A DNA stretch of 64,000 bases, taken from positions 11,347 to 75,346 of the IMG/VR virus record IMGVR_UViG_3300037317_000025, one strand, 5' to 3'. The first letter of the stretch is position 1, and every line of letters starts with the position of its first letter. The notes beneath the pieces are model-generated. The model was not told the DNA's origin and did no database searches. It saw only the letters and a program-made list of their open reading frames with translations. A program made the position numbers and the translations under genes. This DNA is from a virus. Shown in pieces: positions 25,787 to 35,399 of this stretch.

Positions 25787-26442
25787 CAACACCTGATGCC
25801 GCTGAGCAGGAGCGTCGCCAGTCGCTTTATGGGCACCTGGAGCACAAAGAGGTTGGTAGTCCTGAGTGGTGCTGGCAGATGCTTGAAAAACTCAAGAACC
25901 TGTGGAACCGAAAATCACGCTCTGCCGAAGAGCTTCAGCGCACGATGGATGAATTGTTTCCTAGCAAGCCCTGGTTGGTTATCCCGAGTCAGGAACCGTA
26001 TGGCACATCAGAGGCGATGCTAAAGGCGAATGGGATCGACCCGGATGAGTTTATCGAGCGGGTGCAGACCATCAGGGAGCGAGTGCAGCAAGCGGAGACG
26101 GGCGACAGCTTGCCTAGTGGCGGTGACTATACGAGCGAGGAGGGAAAGCAGAGAGCATTGGGTAATTTACCCAATGCTCAAACAACAAGAGCAGAACGCA
26201 ATGGTATAAGCCGTAAAACCCAACAGAAACTCGACCGCCTCGCCCGTGATCACCCCGACCTGCACGAGCAAGTGCAAGAGGGCGAATTGTCGGTCAACCG
26301 CGCCGCTATTTTGGCAGGGTTTACACAACCCACCATGACCGTCCCGAAAGAGGACATCCCCGCCCTGGCGCGGGCGCTGCGCAACCGGCTCACTGATGAC
26401 CAGATAGTTGAACTGATTGACCATCTCAAAGGTGCCGCATGA
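25771..26442 (+). CDS. hypothetical DNA-binding protein
   Basis: HTH-like RAERNGISRKTQQK...GELSVNRAAILAG. Confidence 0.55.
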   Translation: MHGFVATPDAAEQERRQSLYGHLEHKEVGSPEWCWQMLEKLKNLWNRKSRSAEELQRTMDELFPSKPWLVIPSQEPYGTSEAMLKANGIDPDEFIERVQTIRERVQQAETGDSLPSGGDYTSEEGKQRALGNLPNAQTTRAERNGISRKTQQKLDRLARDHPDLHEQVQEGELSVNRAAILAGFTQPTMTVPKEDIPALARALRNRLTDDQIVELIDHLKGAA

Positions 26443-26741
26443 CCCACCCTATCACCTACACAAAGCCCGCCACCTACGCGGGCATCATATGGCGCGAGGC
26501 GATCATGCTGCTGCCGAATACTGATGGCTACCTGTGCCCACGGCTGCACCTGCGCCAATCGCGCAAAGGCAGCGCAACCTGGGATATTGTCGAGTATTGG
26601 ATTGATAGCAAGGGACGCAGCCATTACGACACGCTGGCGAGCAACCTGCCGCTGCGTGAGGCAAAGAGCGAAGCCGCCCGCCTGTTGCGCAGCGCTGAAC
26701 TGGACAACGACGGTCGTGTTGTGGAATGGAGAGAGGTATGA
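26439..26741 (+). CDS. hypothetical protein
   Basis: ATGA-coupled ORF. Confidence 0.55.
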   Translation: MTHPITYTKPATYAGIIWREAIMLLPNTDGYLCPRLHLRQSRKGSATWDIVEYWIDSKGRSHYDTLASNLPLREAKSEAARLLRSAELDNDGRVVEWREV

Positions 26742-27007
26742 CCATTGCAGACCTCGCCGCCCATGCTCGCCACAAGGCGGCAACCGTGGGTTTTACACAC
26801 CTGGATCGTGCCGATGCCGACCACTCGTTGGACTATGCCTGGGAGGTGTTGCGCGAAGAAGGGTATCGCGTGCGTCCCGTCTGGTACGGTGTACCAGACA
26901 CCGAGCAAGACTGGTTCGTTGCCGCGCCCGATGGCACGGTTGTCACCCTGAGCGGCGAAGAACTGATTCACTTTGCCGATGCTATACCAGAGAAGGATAT
27001 ACCATGA
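26738..27007 (+). CDS. hypothetical protein
   Basis: ATGA-coupled ORF with SD GAGG. Confidence 0.55.
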   Translation: MTIADLAAHARHKAATVGFTHLDRADADHSLDYAWEVLREEGYRVRPVWYGVPDTEQDWFVAAPDGTVVTLSGEELIHFADAIPEKDIP

Positions 27008-27549
27008 CCCACCAGCTCACCTACCTACCCAGCGCCCAGCAGCGCCAGGTACTCACCAGCCAGGGCAGCGCCGAATGGTACACGCCCGCGTGGTGCATTG
27101 CCCTGGTGCGGCAGGTGCTTGGCGAGATCGACCTTGACCCCGCCAGCAGCGAGCAGGCCAACGCCACCGTGCAGGCGCAGCGCTACTACACCGCAGCCGA
27201 CAACGGCTTGCTCAAGCCCTGGCACGGGCGCGTGTTCCTGAACCCGCCCTACAACGGCAGCGCCGCGCAGTGGTCGCGGCGGTTGGCAGCCGAATACGAA
27301 CGCGGCACGGTGCAGGCAGCGATCCTGCTCGTGTTCGCCAAGCTGGGCTACCAGTGGTTCACCGACCTGTTTGATCGCTACCCGACCTGCCTGGTGCGCG
27401 AGCGCATCTCGTTCGTGAGCGCCGACCGAACTGACACCAGTCAGGCGAAGCACGCATCCGCCTTTGTGTATTTCGGCCCGGACAGCGAACGGTTCCGCGC
27501 CGTGTTCGCAGGCGTTGGCAGAGTTATAGAGCCGGAGGATACACCGTGA
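27004..27549 (+). CDS. phage DNA N6-adenine methyltransferase
   Basis: EWYTP, IDLDPAS, VFLNPPY. Confidence 0.85.
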   Translation: MTHQLTYLPSAQQRQVLTSQGSAEWYTPAWCIALVRQVLGEIDLDPASSEQANATVQAQRYYTAADNGLLKPWHGRVFLNPPYNGSAAQWSRRLAAEYERGTVQAAILLVFAKLGYQWFTDLFDRYPTCLVRERISFVSADRTDTSQAKHASAFVYFGPDSERFRAVFAGVGRVIEPEDTP

Positions 27550-28598
27550 AACCATACCACACTGATAATCACGTCACGCTCTACCACGGCGACGCGCTTG
27601 ACGTGTTGCGCACGTTGCCCGATGAGAGTGTGCATGCGGTGGTGACCGACCCGCCGTACTACAAAGTCAAAGAAGATGACTGGGATAGGCAGTGGACAAA
27701 GCGTGCGCATTATCTGGACTGGTTGCGCACAATTGTTGCAGAGTGGCAGCGGGTGTTGGTGCCAAATGGTTGCGTGTACTGTTTTGCGTCGCCGGATATG
27801 TCCACACACGTTGAGTTGCTAATTGCTGAGTATTTTGCCGTACTAAACAACATCAGATGGTACAAGCGCGATGGGTGGCACCAGAAAGCGCAAACCGATG
27901 CACTGCGGTCGTACCTGTCGCCCTGGGAGGCGTGCATTTTTGCTGAGCAGTACGGGAGTGATGGTATAGCACTCGGAGAAAGTCAGTATGCAAGCAAGTG
28001 CGATGCGTTGCGCGGGTTTGTGTTTGAGCCGTTGCGCGAATACCTGTCTGGTGAATTCAAGAAAATGGGGTGGCGCGGCGACGATTTGAATCGTATATGT
28101 GGTACTGCTTCGATGGCAGCACGCCACTATATAGCGCGTTCACAATGGTGTCTACCAACAAAAGAGCATTACAACTCGTTACAACGGGCAGCAAACGGGC
28201 AAGCACTCCGCTGCGAGTATGAAGCACTCCGCTGCGAGTATGAAGACCTCCGCTGCGAGTATGAAGACCTCCGCCGCGAGTATGAAGACCTCCGCCGCCC
28301 GTTTCAAGCGATGGCTCGCCACCGTGAGGACATGTGGCATTATCGCACAGTTGTACCGTATCCAGGCAAGCACCCGGCACAAAAACCGCTTGCAATGATG
28401 ATGGATATTATCGAGACAAGCACGCGAGTCGATGCGGTTATCCTGGATTGTTTTGCAGGCTCCGGCACAACCCTGGTTGCCGCTCGTGACCTGGGGCGGC
28501 GGGCTATCGGCATTGAGATGGACGCGGGGTACTGCGAGACGATTGTGGGCAGGCTCGCACAACAAGCACTGCCGCTGTTCGGAGAGGAGGAGGCGTGA
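27546..28598 (+). CDS. DNA methyltransferase (beta class)
   Basis: VVTDPPYYKVK, KHPAQKP, ILDCFAGSGTT. Confidence 0.92.
   Translation: MKPYHTDNHVTLYHGDALDVLRTLPDESVHAVVTDPPYYKVKEDDWDRQWTKRAHYLDWLRTIVAEWQRVLVPNGCVYCFASPDMSTHVELLIAEYFAVLNNIRWYKRDGWHQKAQTDALRSYLSPWEACIFAEQYGSDGIALGESQYASKCDALRGFVFEPLREYLSGEFKKMGWRGDDLNRICGTASMAARHYIARSQWCLPTKEHYNSLQRAANGQALRCEYEALRCEYEDLRCEYEDLRREYEDLRRPFQAMARHREDMWHYRTVVPYPGKHPAQKPLAMMMDIIETSTRVDAVILDCFAGSGTTLVAARDLGRRAIGIEMDAGYCETIVGRLAQQALPLFGEEEA
28201..28298 (+). repeat. 21-bp tandem repeat (about 4.5 copies) encoding LRCEYE(A/D) heptads
   Basis: unit CTCCGCTGCGAGTATGAAG(CA/AC). Confidence 0.9.
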
Positions 28599-28744
28599 TG
28601 CTGGTATTGTCGCTCTTTCCTGGCATCGGTTTGCTGGACATGGCCTTTGAAGCGCACGGCTTTTGTGTCGTGCGCGGCCCGGACAGCGAACGATTCCGCA
28701 CCGTGTTCGCAAGTGTTGGCAGAGTTATAGAGCCGGAGGATTGA
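28598..28744 (+). pseudogene. chimeric remnant: C5-cytosine MTase N-terminus fused to the duplicated 3' end of the N6-MTase gene
   Basis: MLVLSLFPGIGLLDMAFE (C5 MTase motif I), then 28675-28741 matches 27474-27540 at 63/67 nt. Confidence 0.8.
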
Positions 28745-28747
28745 ACG

Positions 28748-29536
28748 ATGCCAACGCCATTCACGCCGGAAGAGGATGCCCACCTGATTGCTACCTACAG
28801 CACACACACGGCCAGGGAGCAGGCCGCCCACCTGGAACGCAACTACGAGAGCGTTGTGCAGCGCCGCGCTCGCCTGGTGGCAGCAGGCAGGATCGACCCG
28901 CGCACCCGTGCGTATATGCCGCGATGGACAGCGCAGGACGACCAGGAGGTAATCGACATGGTTGAAACGGGCAAGCACCCGCGTGAGGTTGCCCGCAAAC
29001 TTGGACGCACGGAGACAGCCGTCAAAATCCGCGCCAAGCGGCACCTTGGTGGGATGACCTGGCTCAAAAACGCCTGGTATGCACCGATGTCGGCGCGGGA
29101 CGTGGCGCGGGTGTTCGGGTTGTCATGCAGCAAGCGTGTTGTCATCTGGGTTGAGCGCGACTGGCTCAAGGCGCGAAAACAGGGACGCAAACAGGCGGGC
29201 ACCTGGCGCGTCTCGCAGGATGCTATTCTGGACTTCCTGGCGTGTCGGGAGGGCTGGATGTCCTGGGAGCCAGAGCACATCACCGACCCCGACATCCGGG
29301 CCGAGGCGCTGCGCCTGCGTGCCGAAGCGGACGGCCACTGGGTGCGACTGACACAATGGGCATGCCGGCGCGGGTATGCCAAAAGCACACCAGATAACTG
29401 GATAGAGAAGGGCTTGCTATCGGGTATCAAGTGGGGCGTCTGGTATGTCTGGAGCGCCGACCTGGAAGCGTTCGTGCCGCCGGGTGAATTGCCGTATCAG
29501 CACCGCAACGCGCAACGACAAAAGGAGGCCGCGTGA
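28748..29536 (+). CDS. multi-HTH (Myb/SANT-like) DNA-binding protein
   Basis: FTPEEDAHL, WTAQDDQEV...VARKLGRT, ARDVARVFG repeats. Confidence 0.6.
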   Translation: MPTPFTPEEDAHLIATYSTHTAREQAAHLERNYESVVQRRARLVAAGRIDPRTRAYMPRWTAQDDQEVIDMVETGKHPREVARKLGRTETAVKIRAKRHLGGMTWLKNAWYAPMSARDVARVFGLSCSKRVVIWVERDWLKARKQGRKQAGTWRVSQDAILDFLACREGWMSWEPEHITDPDIRAEALRLRAEADGHWVRLTQWACRRGYAKSTPDNWIEKGLLSGIKWGVWYVWSADLEAFVPPGELPYQHRNAQRQKEAA

Positions 29537-30112
29537 AACCCAAACGCAACCACACGGGCACGCCACACAAGAGCAGCCTGATTGACCGCTGTCAGACCCC
29601 GGCGTATGCGCTCGACCCCCCTGCTGCCCTATCTGCCACCGCCAGACGAGCAGACGGTCATCTGGGAGCCAGCCGCAGGCGAGGCGTACCTGGCCGGGGC
29701 GCTCTATGACCACGGTTACGCGGTGGCACAGTCGGATGTGTTGACCGGGCAGAACTTCTTCCGCTACGAACCGTCGGTAGACTGGACGGTGCTCGTCACC
29801 AATCCGCCCTATAGTATCAAATATGACTGGCTAGCACGCTGCTACGCGCTCGGCAAGCCCTTCGCTCTGCTGATGCCCGTCGAGATGATCGCCGCCAGCA
29901 CCGCGCAACGCCTGTTCAAACAGCACGGCATTGAGATACTGATGCCCGACAAGCGCATCAACTTCAAAATGCCGAACGCGGGCTGGAGCGGCAAGGGTGC
30001 GCAGTTCCCGACCTGTTGGTACACGTTCGGTCTGGGCATCGGCGCACCGCTCGCGTTTGTGACCCTGCATCGCCGCGCCGAGGGACAAACCACCATGTTC
30101 GACGCGGCCTGA
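29533..30112 (+). pseudogene. small adenine MTase-like gene frameshifted at a C6 run (29616-29621)
   Basis: SD AAGGAGG and GTG at 29533 give DRCQTPAYALDP; the +1 frame continues LLPYL...IWEPAAG...VTNPPYS. Confidence 0.7.
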
Positions 30113-30341
30113 TTGAAACTTTCGCGCCCCAAAGTTACATTTGCCCACCAGGATTGAAAGGAGCGTTACATTCCACCCTGTTCGACGCGGCGTAACTTTT
30201 ACGCAATCTTTACCAACGACACACGCACGTATATTCGTGCATCCATACACCTCCATGCTATAATAACCGAATACCTGAAACCCTTATCAACAATCGAAGG
30301 AGCCTCGACTATGCCCGATGTTTACGATCCAACGAACGATC

Positions 30342-31064
30342 CTATTCTTCAGGATATTCGTCGTCTGGAAGTTGCTTTTCATACTGCCGCGCAATCGTTA
30401 ATAGCACGCCGCGTATTGCAGGCAGCGCATCGTCAGGAACTTGCAGCAGCGATTGCAGCACCGGACGGAACTCCTCATGCTGGAGCATCCACGCCGCGTG
30501 CTCACTCGTCCTTTCTGTATCCACTGGCGCGCCCGCCAGAGCGAGCAATCCGGGAAAATCCGTCTTCATGCCACGACTGAGCTTCCAGAGCTGACTGGCA
30601 GACGGTATCTTGCCCGCCAGGATACCGTGTATATCATACACGTCCAACCCGGATGCAGCGGCGACCTGCTCCGCTGTCCACGATGCCTGCTGCATCCGTT
30701 TCTGGAGCCAGGTTGTCAGCGTATCGCTGTCCGTCGGCAGCGTCGGATTCTCGTCCTCTAAAATATCCCGCTCTTCGTCCAGGTATAACCGGGCAAAGTG
30801 CTCCAGGTCGCCGCCCAGCACCCGCATGAGCTTGTAGGCGTGGCTCAGGTAAATCTCACTGAACTGCCTGCCCTCGCCCGCAGGCACGCCCTCCCAGGTT
30901 TGCAGCGTGCGCTCAGACACGCCGCACGCCTTCGCCACCTGCTTCTGTGTCATCCCGGTTCGCCCGCGCAAACTCTTGAGATACGCCGCAATGCGCGGGT
31001 TGTAGTCGAGCGGTTGTCGCCCGCCGGTATGCGGTTTCTTGCTTTCTCCATTACCATCTGTCAT
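30342..31064 (-). CDS. CI-like repressor with two XRE HTH domains
   Basis: GMTQKQVAKACGVSERTLQTWE and WTAEQVAAASGLD..IHGILAG..PS; divergent from a small HTH gene. Confidence 0.78.
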   Translation of the reverse strand: MTDGNGESKKPHTGGRQPLDYNPRIAAYLKSLRGRTGMTQKQVAKACGVSERTLQTWEGVPAGEGRQFSEIYLSHAYKLMRVLGGDLEHFARLYLDEERDILEDENPTLPTDSDTLTTWLQKRMQQASWTAEQVAAASGLDVYDIHGILAGKIPSASQLWKLSRGMKTDFPGLLALAGAPVDTERTSEHAAWMLQHEEFRPVLQSLLQVPDDALPAIRGVLLTIARQYEKQLPDDEYPEE

Positions 31065-31094
31065 CTGGTTTTGCTCTCCTTAACTCTTTCCCTC

Positions 31095-31152
31095 TTGACA
31101 CAATCTATATGGCGGGTATAATAACCATATGCGCACAATCCTGCGCATATGG
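31095..31152 (+). promoter_or_regulatory. promoter TTGACA-16-TATAAT followed by operator palindrome CCATATGCGCA-N6-TGCGCATATGG
   Basis: hexamers at 31095 and 31117; 11-bp arms spanning 31125-31152. Confidence 0.8.
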
Positions 31153-31159
31153 AGGTTTT

Positions 31160-31393
31160 ATGGAATGGACACATCTTCGCCAGACTTTGACACATCTGGC
31201 ACCGAATGACCGCCAGCGTGCCGCGTTCCTCGGTGGCGTTGGCTTCCGCACAGTGCAACACTGGCGGCGTGGGCAGCGCATTCCAAAGCTGCTACAGCTT
31301 GCGTCCCGTCACCCCGCGCTGGCCCGTGCCATCTGCGCTGATCTTTTGTATGCGCACGATCCTGCGCATAGTATACCACCATCCGAGGAGTGA
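31160..31393 (+). CDS. Cro-like small HTH protein
   Basis: QRAAFLGGVGFRTVQHWRRGQRIP; SD GGAGG. Confidence 0.65.
   Translation: MEWTHLRQTLTHLAPNDRQRAAFLGGVGFRTVQHWRRGQRIPKLLQLASRHPALARAICADLLYAHDPAHSIPPSEE
31349..31370. promoter_or_regulatory. second operator copy TATGCGCA-N6-TGCGCATA
   Basis: near-identical to 31128-31149. Confidence 0.75.
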
Positions 31394-31396
31394 ACG

Positions 31397-31606
31397 ATGC
31401 ACTATAGCACAAAAAATACCTGGGAGCGCCATGGGCAATTCGCCTATTGCGCAACCTTCCACCGTGGCACCACGCTGGTGTTGAATCTGAATACCGGACG
31501 GGCGGGCATCTGGTATGAAGATCGGTTGATCGGGGAAGCACGAACACTGCACGAAGCCCGCGTGATTGTTGATCGCTACCTTGCGTTCATCCCCTGCGAG
31601 ACGTAA
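31397..31606 (+). CDS. hypothetical protein
   Basis: SD GAGGAG. Confidence 0.5.
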   Translation: MHYSTKNTWERHGQFAYCATFHRGTTLVLNLNTGRAGIWYEDRLIGEARTLHEARVIVDRYLAFIPCET

Positions 31607-31663
31607 TGGTTTGCGTATCACCTGTATACTACCGCAAGTCGGAAAGGATACCAACGAATACCA

Positions 31664-31978
31664 ATGGATACCATTTTGCCGTACCTATCGACCGTGCTCA
31701 CCTGCACGTTGTATAGCCTGTTCCTGGCCGGGATCAAGCGGACACGATGGAACTACGAACCGGACTTCACCTGGCTCACCGTGGTGGGTGGAAACGCCAT
31801 CCTGGGCTTCCATCTCTGGTGGTTACTCGGATGGGACGTGTTTGTGGTGGTGCTCCTGGTGAACATTGCAGGCGGGTTGCCAGTCATTAGCTGGCAATTG
31901 GTAGAGTTGATCCAGCGTTTGCACCAGCTACGACAACACAAGGAGGGGATCAATGCCAAGGTTGAGGCGCGGCGGTAG
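31664..31978 (+). CDS. small membrane protein
   Basis: hydrophobic segments; SD GAAAGGA. Confidence 0.6.
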   Translation: MDTILPYLSTVLTCTLYSLFLAGIKRTRWNYEPDFTWLTVVGGNAILGFHLWWLLGWDVFVVVLLVNIAGGLPVISWQLVELIQRLHQLRQHKEGINAKVEARR

Positions 31979-32306
31979 AGACTACATTACCCAGACCCAG
32001 GACGATCTACGACTGCTCTCGGCGTTCGTCTCGGCACTCAAGTCGTACTTGCCGCAAGCGCGTAGCGCCATCGCGCTGAACCCGAAGCTGGCCGCGCAGA
32101 TACTTGAACAAATCCAGCAGCAGACGGACGAAGAAGAGGCGACGGTTGAGCGCCTGATCGGACGCCTGGGTGATCTGGAAACGATGCTGCAACGGGCTGA
32201 CGCGGCAAACGAGACAGAGCAACGCCTGGAGCGATTGGAGCAACGAGTAGACGCACTGGAGCAGCCTGCTGTAGTGCCGATAAGGGGGAAGGTAGATAAT
32301 GGATGA
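31953..32306 (+). CDS. coiled-coil hypothetical protein
   Basis: SD AGGAGG. Confidence 0.55.
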   Translation: MPRLRRGGRDYITQTQDDLRLLSAFVSALKSYLPQARSAIALNPKLAAQILEQIQQQTDEEEATVERLIGRLGDLETMLQRADAANETEQRLERLEQRVDALEQPAVVPIRGKVDNG

Positions 32307-32505
32307 CGAACGTATGACCATGAAATATGTCAACGCCATTGGCGTCATCGGACAGGTTTTTAGTTTGCACGAGGCGCGGCAAATCCAGAACTTGCCCTCA
32401 GATGACCTGTACGCGCAACTGGAGCAACGCGGTTGGTACTGGAACGGACAGACCTGGGCGCTGGTGACACAGGCGCGGGTTGTTGGCGAGGAGGTAGAGG
32501 CGTGA
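32299..32505 (+). CDS. hypothetical protein
   Basis: coupled ORF. Confidence 0.5.
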   Translation: MDDERMTMKYVNAIGVIGQVFSLHEARQIQNLPSDDLYAQLEQRGWYWNGQTWALVTQARVVGEEVEA

Positions 32506-33263
32506 CCACCATCACTTTCGACATTGAAACGCTGAAGTTTTTCAACGACACCGCCATCAAACGGATGCCGCGTGAAGCGCAGTTCATGGCACTGGAGTTC
32601 GGTTGCGCCGTCGCCTTCATCGACGACGAGCGCCGAGACTACGAAGGGCAGATGGGCGCGATTGATCTGTGGAACGATCTCATGCAGGCCGATACCATTG
32701 TCACCTTCAACGGCCTGTCGTTCGACCTGCCACTCGTGGCCTTCGAGTATGCCCGCGCCACGGGCGGCTACCCTGGCTGGCCGCCCGCTACGCAGATCGA
32801 CCTGCTGGACATTCCGAAGCAGGCCACCGGGCGCTGGTACAAGCTCGAAGAACTGGCCCAGGCGAACCTGGGTCGCGGCAAGACGGCGGACGGGTTCAAA
32901 GCCGCTGAATGGCTGCGCTCTGGCGATCCAGTGCAGATGCGCCAGGCGCTCGACTACTGCGCCGAGGACGTGCGGTTGACCGCCGCCCTGTGGAGGCTCT
33001 GCCTGGACGAACTGCTGATACTGCCACCGCAGCCTGCGAAAAAGAAGTACGACGGCTACTTGCTCGCCATCGACCCGCACGACGGCCAATGGACACAACT
33101 GCACCCGCAGTGGACACGAGCAGGCGCGCAGTGGGTGTTGATACACTCGGATCGGCGGACAATGAGCGGTGTGGGTGAACCACCGAAGGCGGCGTATGAT
33201 GATTGGATTGTGTGTCGCATTGCCGATAATGGCACCTGGACACGCGACTACGGAGAGGACTAA
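32502..33263 (+). CDS. RNase H-like DEDD 3'-5' exonuclease
   Basis: TFDIET, VTFNGLSFDLP, IDLL, YCAEDV. Confidence 0.82.
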   Translation: MTTITFDIETLKFFNDTAIKRMPREAQFMALEFGCAVAFIDDERRDYEGQMGAIDLWNDLMQADTIVTFNGLSFDLPLVAFEYARATGGYPGWPPATQIDLLDIPKQATGRWYKLEELAQANLGRGKTADGFKAAEWLRSGDPVQMRQALDYCAEDVRLTAALWRLCLDELLILPPQPAKKKYDGYLLAIDPHDGQWTQLHPQWTRAGAQWVLIHSDRRTMSGVGEPPKAAYDDWIVCRIADNGTWTRDYGED

Positions 33264-33476
33264 ATGACACACTCGTTCACCCACGGCGACCGCGTGCGGC
33301 TCATCGCAGACACACCCTACAGTGGGCACTGGGCAACCGTTGAGGATATAGCGGTCGCAAACGGCACCCGTCGCTACTATGTGCGGTTTGATGCGCCGCA
33401 CCTGAACGGCGATCCCGTGGAGGGCGTATGGGCGGACGAGTACCAACTGGAAAGGCTGACGGATGGAGCACGTTAA
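33264..33476 (+). CDS. small SH3/KOW-like protein
   Basis: FTHGDRVRL...YYVRFD. Confidence 0.5.
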   Translation: MTHSFTHGDRVRLIADTPYSGHWATVEDIAVANGTRRYYVRFDAPHLNGDPVEGVWADEYQLERLTDGAR

Positions 33477-33825
33477 AACATCAATCACCCTCACCCTGAG
33501 CGGTGAGGAAACGGACGCATTGGCTCGCGCCATGCAGTTATTTGGCAGCGAACTGCCGATCAAGCAGGCGCAGATACGTATTGACGCCGAAACCGAAGAA
33601 GAAGCCGACTGGCTACACGAGCGCCTGGACACCATCATCGGCACCTGCGACGACTCCATTGATGTGACGGCGACGGTTAAGCAAACACTGAAGCGGGACC
33701 GCATGACCGAAGTCGAATCGAAGCCCACGCCGATGGACACGCTCTGGCGCGACGACGACAGTGAGCACGCCGAACCGCGCATTACGCGGATGGTACCGAA
33801 CGAACGCGCACAGGAGGCGGGTTGA
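33463..33825 (+). CDS. hypothetical protein
   Basis: coupled ORF. Confidence 0.5.
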   Translation: MEHVKTSITLTLSGEETDALARAMQLFGSELPIKQAQIRIDAETEEEADWLHERLDTIIGTCDDSIDVTATVKQTLKRDRMTEVESKPTPMDTLWRDDDSEHAEPRITRMVPNERAQEAG

Positions 33826-34679
33826 TGTCGGACTATGCAGGACAGGTGCTCGTGGACGCCGACGGGCTTGACGACTACCTGTGCGCTATCGGTCAGGTGT
33901 CGCTGCTCACTGCCGATCAGGAGATCGCCCTGGCGCAATGCATCGAGCAGGGCGACCAGGACGCCCGTGATCATCTGGCAAACGCGAACCTGCGCCTGGT
34001 CGTGAGTGTTGCCAAACGGTACATCAGAACCGCCAACAAGTTGACCCTGGGCGATCTGATCCAGGAAGGAAACATCGGTCTGTTGCGGGCCGTGGACAAG
34101 TTCGACTGGCGCAAGGGAAACCGCTTCTCAACCTACGCAACCTGGTGGATCAGGCAGGCGATCACCCGCGCCATAGCAGACCACAACACAACGATCCGTA
34201 TACCTGTTCATATGCGCGAGCAAATCATAAAAATAAAAAAGGACTACTCGAATGAACTTGACTCGCCGGAGAAGATCGCCGCTGTCGCGGGTTGTGATTT
34301 GCCACGGGCACAGCGTATATCTGATGCGCTGCACATTCAACCGTATTCGCTGGATATGGCGGCATACGATGACAGCAAGAAAAGTCCTTCCATTGGCGAC
34401 CTGATTGCAGACACGTCTAACATCGAAGAGCACGTTGAACGCAACCTGGTATGCGAGCGAATACAACATGCCCTGGATGCCCTGCGCCGATACACACATG
34501 ATGGCAAACGCAAGGCGCGCATTCTGGAGTTGCGCTTCGGATTGGATACCGGGCAGCAACAGACACTCGAACAGGTCGGGCGCGTGTTCGGTATTACCCG
34601 CGAACGCGCCCGCCAATTGGAAAGGGCGGCGCTGTCTGAAGTGAAGGAACTTTTGCCTGATTTAGAAGGAGTGTTTTGA
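33822..34679 (+). CDS. sigma70-family RNA polymerase sigma factor (RpoD/RpoS-like, lacking region 1.1)
   Basis: [65 protein letters not shown]. Confidence 0.93.
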   Translation: MMSDYAGQVLVDADGLDDYLCAIGQVSLLTADQEIALAQCIEQGDQDARDHLANANLRLVVSVAKRYIRTANKLTLGDLIQEGNIGLLRAVDKFDWRKGNRFSTYATWWIRQAITRAIADHNTTIRIPVHMREQIIKIKKDYSNELDSPEKIAAVAGCDLPRAQRISDALHIQPYSLDMAAYDDSKKSPSIGDLIADTSNIEEHVERNLVCERIQHALDALRRYTHDGKRKARILELRFGLDTGQQQTLEQVGRVFGITRERARQLERAALSEVKELLPDLEGVF

Positions 34680-34827
34680 TGGTTTCTATAGGGCACATGT
34701 CTATCGTCCCCAACCCTGGCACCGAAGCCGATCTGTTGCCAGAAACACAACTGGTGTTCCTCCTGGCGTTGGGCAAATACTTATTCGGGCCGTTTGAACC
34801 AACCGACAATCGAGAGGACACGGAACC

Positions 34828-35325
34828 ATGCGAATCCTTGGCATTGACCCAGGCAACCCGACAGGCGTCGTAATCCTGGATACGGAGCAGCAGAAGGTGG
34901 TGTATCACGAGACGTTTAGCGGGCGCACCACCACAGCGTTGCTTACGATTGCCCAACAACTCGAAACGGTATTCCGTAACCTGACCTATGATGTAGTGGC
35001 CGTCGAGAAGCCGCACGGCACCTACCACAACGCCTTGCGCTCGCTCAGTGAATATGTCGGCGTGTGCCGCTATCTGGCGCACACCTACGGCAACAAGCCG
35101 CTTTATAAGGTGTCGCCCGCCGAGGGTAGGCAAACACTCACGGGTAAAGGTAATGCCACAGCAGATGAGATGATCGACCATGCTCACTGGCGCTATGGGG
35201 CGGTTGTCGATGAACACGTCGCCCACGCGATTGGCTATGCCTTATGCGCCGAGTCGATGCTGTTGGAAGATATTCGCAAACAGCAGGCAAAGGCGAACAA
35301 GCGCAGAAAGAAGGTGTCCGCGTGA
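34828..35325 (+). CDS. ruvC: Holliday junction resolvase, RuvC-like
   Basis: MRILGIDPG, VAVEKP, TGKGNAT, AHAIG. Confidence 0.82.
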   Translation: MRILGIDPGNPTGVVILDTEQQKVVYHETFSGRTTTALLTIAQQLETVFRNLTYDVVAVEKPHGTYHNALRSLSEYVGVCRYLAHTYGNKPLYKVSPAEGRQTLTGKGNATADEMIDHAHWRYGAVVDEHVAHAIGYALCAESMLLEDIRKQQAKANKRRKKVSA

Positions 35326-35399
35326 CCTGCCCTGATTGTTACTGGTCTGCCTATTGTCGCCAGTTCGACCGATGTCATACTACAGGAGAACCGATACCC

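Noticed and set aside
28201-28298. Regulatory or contingency repeat
   Set aside because: In-frame 21-bp unit encoding a coiled-coil heptad, which I recall as common in this MTase family; copy-number change would not alter the frame.
32007-33974. 655-aa minus-strand ORF and similar long shadow ORFs (e.g. 17092-18423, 49017-50237, 57535-58644)
   Set aside because: They are antisense to well-supported genes, have no motifs or SD, and are typical of high-GC DNA.
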